A stretch of DNA of 24,000 nt from Cedecea neteri NBRC 105707 = ATCC 33855 (lineage in GTDB: Bacteria; Pseudomonadota; Gammaproteobacteria; Enterobacterales; Enterobacteriaceae): the NCBI RefSeq assembly GCF_001571265.1, contig NZ_BCTL01000010.1, positions 19,478-43,477 of the forward strand, written 5' to 3'. Below are positions 16,679 to 24,000 of the stretch, in pieces. The notes below the pieces were generated by a model, which was given only the letters and a program-made list of their open reading frames with translations, was not told the origin of the DNA and made no database searches. A program made the position numbers and the translations under genes. Position 1 is the stretch's first letter. The number at the start of each line of letters is the position of its first letter.

Positions 16679-17245
16679 TTAATTAAGGCGTGTGAGCTCC
16701 GAAGCTATACTCTTCGCTTCCTGTTGCCAGCCCTGGGCCAGGGTTTTCACCATCGCGTCGTAGCCGTCATCCTGCTGTTTCAGTTCGATATGGAACGGAC
16801 GCTTGATGATCTCACCCTGGCGCTTCAGCAACCATTCTCCGCTGACAATTACCTTACCGTCGTAGCGGCCGTGGAAGCCGGTCACGTTCACGCTTAGCGC
16901 CTCCTGATCGTTACCTAAAGGCTGGGAAGCAACAACCCAGCCCGGCAGCGCGCTGCTGAGGTTACTCACCAGCGTATTACGTAGCTGCTGGTCCAGCGGG
17001 CTGGCCCACAGATTACTGGTGGCAATGACGTACTGCACATCGGTCGTCTGGTAAACCACCCCGGTGCCCGCCAGGAAATCAGGGACCGTAATCTGATCCA
17101 CCCACAGTAAATGGCTTCCAGGCTGGCTCACGGCCTGCATAACAGGCTGTGAGCTTTGCGGCAGCTGATAGTACGTCTTACCGTTATCGCTGCCGCTACA
17201 GGCAGACAGCGTCATTACGGCGGCTAGCGTGAGCCACTTTTTCAT
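16679..17245 (-). CDS. pqiC: MCE-pathway outer-membrane lipoprotein PqiC (YmbA)
   Basis: The 188-aa ORF has the lipobox LSAC after MKKWLTLAAVMT. It matches E. coli PqiC by eye (YYQLP, LLWVxQVTVPDxLAG.GVVYQT, NLWASPLDQQLRNTLV.NLS, GRYDGKVIVSGEWLL). Its ATG overlaps the pqiB stop (ATGA). Confidence 0.92.
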   Translation of the reverse strand: MKKWLTLAAVMTLSACSGSDNGKTYYQLPQSSQPVMQAVSQPGSHLLWVDQITVPDFLAGTGVVYQTTDVQYVIATSNLWASPLDQQLRNTLVSNLSSALPGWVVASQPLGNDQEALSVNVTGFHGRYDGKVIVSGEWLLKRQGEIIKRPFHIELKQQDDGYDAMVKTLAQGWQQEAKSIASELTRLN

Positions 17246-18882
17246 GGTTGTGCCCTCTTCGGCTGCGGATCCTTTTTATCCTTCGCTTCAAATATCAGCG
17301 AATTGCTCTTGTCGTTCAGCGTGCGCAATACCGGCTGCAGCTCGCGCAGCACCTGATCAAGACGCTGCATATCCGCCACCATCTTATTGTAAGCCGCGGA
17401 GCCAGGCTGGAAGCCCTGCATGCTGCGGTTCAGCTCTCGAAGCGTTTTCTGCATATCTTCCGGCAGCTGCTGCATCGACTGGCTGGCGGTGATCTTATTC
17501 AGGTTATCCAGCGTCTGCTGCAGATGACGCATGGTTTTCTGACTTTCACCCAGCGTGTTCGTCGCCTGTTCCAGCATCGGCGAAATCGGCAGGTTGTTGA
17601 TCTTGTTCAGCGTTTCCAGCAGCTTCTGCTGAATTTGCGCCAGACCGCCGCTCATGGTTGGGATCACCGGATAACCGCTGATGCTCGGAATTTCTGTCAC
17701 CGTTTTCTCATTCGGATAGAAATCGAGATCGATATACAGCGCCCCGGTAATCAGATTGCCGGTTTTCATCGAGGCACGCAGTCCACGCTGAATCAGCGCT
17801 TTCAGGTTCGATGGAATATCTGCCTCATTCCCCACCATATTTTTCAGGCGTTCCGGCTCAATGCGGATCAGCACCGGAATACGGAAATCATCGTTCAGCT
17901 TCTGGCGCATGCTCTCGTTGAAGAACGGCACCTGAGCGACGGTACCCAGACGAATGCCCCGGAACTCTACCGGCGCGCCAGGCTGCAGGCCGCGAATAGA
18001 ATCTTTGAAGAACATCAGGTAGTCGATATGATCGGTAAACAGCGAATCCTGAATGCTTTTCTGATCGTCAAACAGCTGGAAGTCGGTACCAGACTCAACC
18101 GGCTTGCCCCACTCCCAACCGTCAGGCACGTCAAAGCTCACGCCGCCGCTAAACAGCGTGGTCAGCGAGCCCATTTCAACACGCATGCCCTGGGAAGACA
18201 TATCCACGGCAATGCCGCTGTCTTTCCAGAAGCGAACGTTGCTGGTAATCAGCCTGTCGTTCGGCGCGGCGATAAACAGCTGGTAGCTGATAGCTCGTTT
18301 ATTGGTATCAAAGGTGCTGGTTTCCACCGACCCCACGCGGTAGCCGCGGAACAGTACCGGGTCCCCAGGGGTGAGCTGACCTGCTTTTTTGCTGTCGAGC
18401 GTGATGCGAATACCTTTGGCGTCCGGCGGGGCAAGCGGTGGCGCATCCAGCAAAGCATAGTTTTCCGGCTGTTCGCCTTTGGTACCCGGCTGCAGCTCGA
18501 TGTAGGCGCCAGACAGCAGTGTCCCAAGTCCGGAAATCCCTTCCCGCCCAACCTGCGGTTTTACCACCCAGAAGACGGAATCTTTATGCAGTAGCTTTTC
18601 CATCCCGGAATTGAGCCGGGCCTTAATTTCCACGTGGTGTAAATCATCGGTAAGCTGCGCGCTCTCGACGACGCCCACGTCCACGCTGCGGCTTTTAATG
18701 GTGGTTTTTCCGCCCTCAATTCCTTCGGCATTGGCGGTGATCAGGGTCACTTCCGGCCCCTGATGGCTGTAGTGGTAAAACAGGATCCAGGCGCCAATCA
18801 GCGCCGTTACGATGGGAAAGATCCAAACCGGCGACCAGTTTTTTACCTTCTGTACTTTCGCCTCGCCGCTCTTATTTTCCAT
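17242..18882 (-). CDS. pqiB: MCE-domain intermembrane transport protein PqiB
   Basis: It matches E. coli PqiB by eye over its whole length from ME..xGEAKxQKVKNWSPVWIFPIVTALIGAW, and has an N-terminal TM helix. I chose the ATG at 18882 (546 aa, as in K-12, with a GAGGAG SD upstream) over the track start at 18900. It overlaps the pqiA 3' end by 11 nt. Confidence 0.93.
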   Translation of the reverse strand: MENKSGEAKVQKVKNWSPVWIFPIVTALIGAWILFYHYSHQGPEVTLITANAEGIEGGKTTIKSRSVDVGVVESAQLTDDLHHVEIKARLNSGMEKLLHKDSVFWVVKPQVGREGISGLGTLLSGAYIELQPGTKGEQPENYALLDAPPLAPPDAKGIRITLDSKKAGQLTPGDPVLFRGYRVGSVETSTFDTNKRAISYQLFIAAPNDRLITSNVRFWKDSGIAVDMSSQGMRVEMGSLTTLFSGGVSFDVPDGWEWGKPVESGTDFQLFDDQKSIQDSLFTDHIDYLMFFKDSIRGLQPGAPVEFRGIRLGTVAQVPFFNESMRQKLNDDFRIPVLIRIEPERLKNMVGNEADIPSNLKALIQRGLRASMKTGNLITGALYIDLDFYPNEKTVTEIPSISGYPVIPTMSGGLAQIQQKLLETLNKINNLPISPMLEQATNTLGESQKTMRHLQQTLDNLNKITASQSMQQLPEDMQKTLRELNRSMQGFQPGSAAYNKMVADMQRLDQVLRELQPVLRTLNDKSNSLIFEAKDKKDPQPKRAQP

Positions 18883-20140
18883 GCTCGGAAGACTCCTCAT
18901 CAGTTACATCGTCTGCTCGATCCCAGGACAAGCGAGGGTCAAAGGTCATCGCTGCAAACATCGTCAAAATAACCACAAAAGCAAACATTAATGCTCCCAT
19001 AGCCGGGTAGATATTCATCAACCCGCCCATACGCACCAGCGCAGAAAGGACGGCAATCACGAACACGTCGATCATCGACCAGCGGCCAACAAATTCGACA
19101 ACTTCATAAATCAGATGCATTCGCTCACTGTCGCGCCTGCCGTGCCCTTTTGCATCCCAGCACAGCCAGGCAATGGCGATCATTTTCAGCGTCGGCACCA
19201 TAATACTGGCGATGAAAATCACCATTGCCACCGGATAAGATCCCTCGCTCCACAGCAGGATCACCCCGGCCAAAATCGTGGAGGGATATTTGCTGCCCAG
19301 CATCTCGGTGACCATGATCGGCAAAATGTTCGCTGGCAGGTAGAGCATGATAGAAGTGATCAGCAGCGCCAGCGTCCACTGCAGGCTGTGCCTGCGGCGT
19401 ACGTGACCGTGTGTCCCGCAGCGCGGGCAAACCAGCGTGTCAGCCTCAACAATAGCCGTGCAGCAGGAGCAGGAACGCAGCCCCTGCTTGATACCCGATA
19501 CGCCAACCTTGAGCGGCTGATGCACCGGCGGCATGGGGGCAATGTCATCCCAAAGCCAGCGCCGGTCCACGCACTGGAAGGCCCTTAGCTGCAAAATACA
19601 AAACAGACACCAGGGAATAAAACTGCTGCCCACGCCAATATCGCCATAGGCCATAAGCTTAACGAAGCTGACCAGGACGCCGGCGAGGAAGATTTCCGCC
19701 ATGCCCCAGCTTTTCAGCTGGAACAGGACTCGCGCCAGCCAGCGTTTAAGCCCGAAAGGTAGCTTCGCCTGGTTGACTAACAGCAGAATGGTTATCAGGC
19801 AGAAAGCCGGCACCGCCTGGACAAATAGCAAAAAGAAGGTGCCCAGGCTGGCGTAATCCTCAGAAAACATCACGCCGGGGATTTGCATCAGCGTGACTTC
19901 GCTGCTGATCCCGGCCACCTTCATATTAATGAAAGGGAACAGGTTGGCCAGCAGCAGCATAAACAGCCCCGCCAAAGCGTAAGCCGTTGGCCGCTGGCGC
20001 GGCAAATACCACTGTGTGACCAACGGAGTGCCACAGCGCGGGCAGGAGGCTTTGTGGCCATCCTGCAGAGCGGGCAGCGCCACCAGCAAATCACATTGTC
20101 GACACAAAATATGCGAGCGATGGTGGTGCGTGGCACACAT
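18872..20140 (-). CDS. pqiA: paraquat-inducible inner membrane protein PqiA
   Basis: The 422-aa polytopic ORF has two repeated halves, each opening with CxxC...CPRCG zinc-ribbon-like motifs (CRQC..CPRCG and CSCC..CPRCG). It matches E. coli PqiA by eye (MC.HHH...HILC.QCD, QLRAFQCVDRRWLWDDIAP). A strong AAGGAG SD lies upstream. Confidence 0.93.
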   Translation of the reverse strand: MCATHHHRSHILCRQCDLLVALPALQDGHKASCPRCGTPLVTQWYLPRQRPTAYALAGLFMLLLANLFPFINMKVAGISSEVTLMQIPGVMFSEDYASLGTFFLLFVQAVPAFCLITILLLVNQAKLPFGLKRWLARVLFQLKSWGMAEIFLAGVLVSFVKLMAYGDIGVGSSFIPWCLFCILQLRAFQCVDRRWLWDDIAPMPPVHQPLKVGVSGIKQGLRSCSCCTAIVEADTLVCPRCGTHGHVRRRHSLQWTLALLITSIMLYLPANILPIMVTEMLGSKYPSTILAGVILLWSEGSYPVAMVIFIASIMVPTLKMIAIAWLCWDAKGHGRRDSERMHLIYEVVEFVGRWSMIDVFVIAVLSALVRMGGLMNIYPAMGALMFAFVVILTMFAAMTFDPRLSWDRADDVTDEESSEHGK

Positions 20141-20156
20141 CGTAACTCTCCTTAGA

Positions 20157-22064
20157 TTACGAGCCGTTTTTCAGCGCTTCGAGATACTCCCAGCGTTCGA
20201 ATGCTTCTTCCAGAGCCAGCTCCGCTGCGGACATTTCCGCGAGGACTTTTTGGGTCACATCGTGCGGTTGGTTAAAGAAATCAGCATCAGCGACCTTCGC
20301 CTGTAGCGCACCTAAATCAGCTTCAAGCTGCTCAAGTCGCTGAGGCAATTGCTCTAATTCGCGCTGCAGGTTATAGCTTAGTTTGCTATTGGCACGTTTG
20401 ACAGGTTCTGCTTTTTGCGGTTCTGCCTTCTCGGATTTAGCCGCAGCAGCCTGACGCAGCGGCTGAGCGGAACCTTGCTGCCCTTTCGCATCATGGTAAC
20501 CGCCGACATAGCGGCCGATTTTGCCCTGACCTTCGAAGATCCAACACTCGGTCACGGTATTATCAACAAACTGACGGTCGTGGCTGACCAGCATGACGGT
20601 GCCCTGGTAGCCATCAATCAGCTCTTCCAGCAGCTCCAGCGTTTCGACGTCCAGGTCGTTGGTTGGTTCATCGAGGATCAGCAGGTTGCTAGGTTTTAAG
20701 AACAAACGCGCCAGCAGCAGGCGGTTTCTTTCCCCACCGGAAAGCGCACGCACCGGGGTCATGGCGCGTTTTGGATGGAACAGGAAGTCCTGCAGGTAGC
20801 CCAGCACGTGGCGCGGCTTACCGTTCACCATCACTTCCTGCTTCCCTTCCGCCAGGTTATCCATCACCGTGCGGTCAGGATCCAGCTCGGCGCGGTGCTG
20901 GTCGAAGTAGGCTACTTCCAGCTTGGTACCGCAGTGCACGCGGCCGCTGTCGGCCTGCAGCTGGCTAAGCATCAGCTTAAGCAGCGTGGTCTTACCGCAG
21001 CCGTTCGCCCCCACCAGCGCGATTTTATCGCCACGCTGAACCTGAGCGGAGAAATCACGCACCAGCGTTTTGCCGGCAACCTGGTAATTAACGTCTTCCA
21101 TCTCGAAGACGATTTTGCCGGAGCGGCTCGCCTCTTCGACCTGCATCTTCGCGCTGCCCATCACTTCACGGCGTTCACCGCGCTCGCGGCGCATCGCTTT
21201 CAGGGCACGTACGCGCCCTTCGTTACGGGTTCGACGTGCTTTGATGCCCTGGCGGATCCACACTTCTTCCTGCGCCAGCTTGCGGTCAAACTCGGCGTTC
21301 TGTAGCTCTTCCACGCGCAGGGCTTCTTCTTTCGCCAGCAGATACTGATCGTAATCGCCTGGGTAAGACACCAGCTTGCCGCGATCGAGATCGACAATGC
21401 GGGTGGCCATATTGCGGATAAACGAACGGTCGTGGGAGATGAAGATAATGCTGCCCTGGAACTCCTTCAGGAAGCCTTCCAGCCAGTCGATGGTTTCGAT
21501 ATCGAGGTGGTTAGTCGGTTCGTCGAGCAACAATACGCGCGGGGAACTGACCAATGCCCGGCCCAGCGCTGCTTTACGCAGCCAGCCGCCGGACAGCGCG
21601 GAAAGGTCGGTATCCGCTTCCAGACCAAGCTGCTCGAGCACTTCGTTAATGCGGCTGTCGAGCTGCCACAGGCCCTGATGATCGAGGATCTCCTGAATGC
21701 GCGCCATCTCATTAAGATTTTTGTCGCTTGGGTCGGTCATCACTTTATGGGAGATATCGTGGTAGGCCTTCAGGTATTCGGCCTGCTCTTCCACGCCTTC
21801 CGCCACAAAGTCATACACCGTGCCCGCAACGTTACGCGGCGGATCCTGCTGCAAACGCGCCACGATAAGATCCTGTTCGTAAACCATGCGGCCATCGTCC
21901 AGCGGCAGCTCGCGGTTGAGGATCTTCATCAGCGTTGATTTACCCGCGCCGTTACGGCCAACCAGACAGACGCGTTCGTTTTCTTCGATGTGTAATTCGG
22001 TGTTATCTAACAGCGGCGCGTCGCTAAACGACAGCCAGGCACCGTGCATACTAATTAATGACAT
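20157..22064 (-). CDS. uup: ABC-F family ATPase Uup
   Basis: The 635-aa ORF is the same length as E. coli Uup. It has two NBDs (Walker A GRNGAGKST and GANGCGKTT; signatures LSGGWLRKAALGRAL and LSGGERNRLLLARL) and a C-terminal coiled-coil tail. Confidence 0.95.
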   Translation of the reverse strand: MSLISMHGAWLSFSDAPLLDNTELHIEENERVCLVGRNGAGKSTLMKILNRELPLDDGRMVYEQDLIVARLQQDPPRNVAGTVYDFVAEGVEEQAEYLKAYHDISHKVMTDPSDKNLNEMARIQEILDHQGLWQLDSRINEVLEQLGLEADTDLSALSGGWLRKAALGRALVSSPRVLLLDEPTNHLDIETIDWLEGFLKEFQGSIIFISHDRSFIRNMATRIVDLDRGKLVSYPGDYDQYLLAKEEALRVEELQNAEFDRKLAQEEVWIRQGIKARRTRNEGRVRALKAMRRERGERREVMGSAKMQVEEASRSGKIVFEMEDVNYQVAGKTLVRDFSAQVQRGDKIALVGANGCGKTTLLKLMLSQLQADSGRVHCGTKLEVAYFDQHRAELDPDRTVMDNLAEGKQEVMVNGKPRHVLGYLQDFLFHPKRAMTPVRALSGGERNRLLLARLFLKPSNLLILDEPTNDLDVETLELLEELIDGYQGTVMLVSHDRQFVDNTVTECWIFEGQGKIGRYVGGYHDAKGQQGSAQPLRQAAAAKSEKAEPQKAEPVKRANSKLSYNLQRELEQLPQRLEQLEADLGALQAKVADADFFNQPHDVTQKVLAEMSAAELALEEAFERWEYLEALKNGS

Positions 22065-22069
22065 GACTA

Positions 22070-24000
22070 TTAATCCCGGGATTCGTGAGTGACTAACCAG
22101 CAGTTATGGATCTGGCGGTTGCGCGCAAAGTCCTGCGACTGCGTTTTTTGTGTAATTTCCTGTGCAACCAGGCCAAGCTCCGCCAGGCCGGCGAAGTCCA
22201 TTTTGAAGCCACGTTTATTGTTGGAGAACATAATGGTACCGCCACGACGCAGCAGGCGCTTCAGATCCTTCATCAGCGCAATATGGTCACGCTGCACGTC
22301 GAATGAATCTTCCATACGCTTGGAGTTGGAGAACGTCGGCGGGTCGATAAAGATCAGGTCAAACTGCTCATCGCTGTCGCGGAGCCAGCCAAGGCAATCA
22401 GCCTGGACCAGGCGGTGGGCGCGGCCGGTCAAGCCGTTCAGGCGCAGGTTACGCTCCGCCCACTCAAGATAGGTACGAGACATGTCCACCGTGGTGGTGC
22501 TTTTCGCCCCGCCGAGGCCCGCATGGACCGTTGCGGTACCGGTGTAAGCGAACAGGTTCAGGAAGTCTTTCCCTTTGCTCATCTGGCCCAGCATGCGGCG
22601 AGCGATGCGGTGGTCGAGGAACAGGCCGGTATCCAGATAGTCGGTGAGGTTAACCCACAGGCGCGCGTCAAACTCGCTGACCTCCATGAAGTCGCCCTTC
22701 TCGCCCATCTTCTGGTACTGACTTTTCCCTTTCTGACGCTCGCGGGTTTTTAACACCAGCTTGTTGGTTGGCAGCTCAAGTACCGCAAGCGTTGCCGCGA
22801 TGACGTCAAACAGACGCTGGCGGGCTTTGTTCGGATCGATGGTTTTCGGGGGCGCATATTCCTGCACCACAACCCAGTCGCCGTAGCGGTCAACCGCAAC
22901 GTTGTAGTCAGGCAGGTCGCCGTCGTACAGGCGATAGCATTCAATCCCCTCCTGACGGGCCCACTTATCAAGCTTTTTGACGTTTTTACGCAGGCGGTTG
23001 GCATAATCTTCAGCAATCTGACCGCTGGCCGCGGCTACGCCAGCAAGGCTAACCGCCAGCTGGTAGTTTTTCTGCACGCAGTCCAGCGGGCCGTTTTTGG
23101 CCTTAAACTGACGATCGGCACGCAGCTGCAGGCAGCTCAGCAGTTCAGGGGAAGCGCTGAACAGCGACAGATTCCAGCCGCCGAACTGATTTTTCAGATG
23201 GCGACCCAGCAGGCTGTGCAGGGCAATCAGCGCAGGCTCGCTTTCCAGACGCTCACCGTAAGGTGGGTTACTGACCACCGTACCCGCCGGGCCCTCCGGC
23301 AGCGGGTTGGTTAGCTTAGCGACATCTTTAACTTCAAAACTGATTACCTCGCCAAGACCTGCGCGACGGGCGTTGGCGCGGGCGCGTTCAATGACGCGGC
23401 TGTCGTTATCTGAACCATAGAAGCGAGATGGATATTCAGTCAGGCCACGGCGAGCGCGAACCTGAGCCTCGGTCACCACTTCTTTCCAGACATCGGCATC
23501 ATGCTTCGCCCAGTTCAGGAAGCCCCAATGTTTACGGTGCAGGCCCGGCGCACGATCGGTGGCGATCATCGCCCCTTCAATTAACAGCGTGCCGGAGCCG
23601 CACATCGGATCCAACAGCGGCGTACCGTGCTGCCAGCCTGAACGCATTACGATGGCCGCCGCCAGGGTTTCTTTGATAGGCGCAGCACCGGTTGCATCGC
23701 GGTAGCCGCGCTGATGCAGACCTTCACCGCTGAGATCCAGCGCAATGCTGGCGGTATCTTTGTTCAGCCAGACGTTAATGCGCAGATCCGGCTGTTCGCG
23801 ATCGACATCCGGGCGCGGCAGATTCTTGCGGGTAAAGGAGTCAACAATTGCATCCTTCACCTTCAGCGCGCCGTACTGGCTGTTGCGGATGGTTTCGTTC
23901 AGGCCGCTGAAGTGCACGGCAAACGTTGCGCCCGGCCCGAACAGCGCCGGCCAGTCGATAGCCATCACGCCGAGGTACAGGTCAAGATCGCTGTAGACTT
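22070..24000 (-). CDS. rlmL: bifunctional 23S rRNA m2G2445/m7G2069 methyltransferase RlmKL (5' end outside window)
   Basis: It matches E. coli RlmL (YcbY) by eye from about residue 75 to the C-terminus. It carries [12 protein letters not shown] (SAM binding), NPPYGERL and, in the C-terminal domain, [13 protein letters not shown]. The reading frame stays open to the window edge, so the track M at 23968 is internal. Confidence 0.93.
   Translation of the reverse strand, partial: VYSDLDLYLGVMAIDWPALFGPGATFAVHFSGLNETIRNSQYGALKVKDAIVDSFTRKNLPRPDVDREQPDLRINVWLNKDTASIALDLSGEGLHQRGYRDATGAAPIKETLAAAIVMRSGWQHGTPLLDPMCGSGTLLIEGAMIATDRAPGLHRKHWGFLNWAKHDADVWKEVVTEAQVRARRGLTEYPSRFYGSDNDSRVIERARANARRAGLGEVISFEVKDVAKLTNPLPEGPAGTVVSNPPYGERLESEPALIALHSLLGRHLKNQFGGWNLSLFSASPELLSCLQLRADRQFKAKNGPLDCVQKNYQLAVSLAGVAAASGQIAEDYANRLRKNVKKLDKWARQEGIECYRLYDGDLPDYNVAVDRYGDWVVVQEYAPPKTIDPNKARQRLFDVIAATLAVLELPTNKLVLKTRERQKGKSQYQKMGEKGDFMEVSEFDARLWVNLTDYLDTGLFLDHRIARRMLGQMSKGKDFLNLFAYTGTATVHAGLGGAKSTTTVDMSRTYLEWAERNLRLNGLTGRAHRLVQADCLGWLRDSDEQFDLIFIDPPTFSNSKRMEDSFDVQRDHIALMKDLKRLLRRGGTIMFSNNKRGFKMDFAGLAELGLVAQEITQKTQSQDFARNRQIHNCWLVTHESRD

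Noticed and set aside
16475-16897. 140-aa plus-strand ORF
   Set aside because: It starts in the rmf promoter region, runs through the pqiC terminator hairpin and continues antisense into pqiC. That makes it implausible as a gene.
17248-18594. 448-aa plus-strand ORF, the longest unexplained ORF in the track
   Set aside because: It lies entirely antisense to pqiB, which is conserved end to end. Its translation is low-complexity and R/Q/L/H-rich, with no recognisable motif, no SD and no independent intergenic start. This is the typical shadow ORF produced by codon bias on the opposite strand.
2417-21018. Chi sites: GCTGGTGG on the plus strand at 3784-3791 and 8265-8272; on the minus strand at 2417-2424, 4279-4286, 20080-20087 and 21011-21018
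   Set aside because: At least six occur in 24 kb, which is about the normal enterobacterial density. Their orientation is mixed, so they carry no special signal.
20415-21938. Plus-strand ORFs of up to 176 aa inside uup
   Set aside because: They are antisense to a full-length, motif-complete ABC-F gene, and none has independent signals.
1-24000. Looked for tRNA/rRNA genes, CRISPR repeats, IS ends or transposases, integrases, REP/BIME-type elements, and defence or toxin-antitoxin gene pairs
   Set aside because: I recognised none. All intergenic regions are short and are accounted for by promoters, leaders and terminators of the flanking core genes.

Overview
The window is a chromosomal core segment of an Enterobacteriaceae genome. 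The proteins are clearly orthologous to E. coli K-12 proteins but not identical, so this is another genus or species that I cannot name from sequence alone. Gene order, recognised by recall of K-12 proteins rather than by any search, is colinear with the K-12 ~22 min region in inverted orientation: yccT, mgsA, helD(-), yccF, yccS, sxy/tfoX(-), sulA, ompA, matP(-), ycbZ/lonH, fabA, then [3-gene ABC importer], rmf(-), pqiC(-), pqiB(-), pqiA(-), uup(-), rlmL(-, 5' end runs off the window). The only break in colinearity is a ~4.2 kb FbpABC-type ABC importer operon between fabA and rmf: substrate-binding protein, fused double permease, and ATPase with a TOBE-like tail. rmf (55 aa) is absent from the supplied ORF track but reads cleanly on the minus strand. 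Recognisable regulatory elements include a near-consensus LexA box in the sulA promoter, the ompA promoter and long 5' UTR, FadR/FabR operators upstream of fabA, and several clean Rho-independent terminators, three of them bidirectional. I saw no tRNA or rRNA genes, CRISPR array, IS element, integrase, phage remnant, toxin-antitoxin pair or defence-like gene, and every long ORF not listed is an antisense shadow of a conserved gene. I therefore find no convincing previously undescribed system here. The findings below are modest: the accessory ABC operon and a DxDxDG motif in its binding protein, very tight gene packing and overlaps, a candidate CRP-S type sxy promoter, and a non-ATG ycbZ start.
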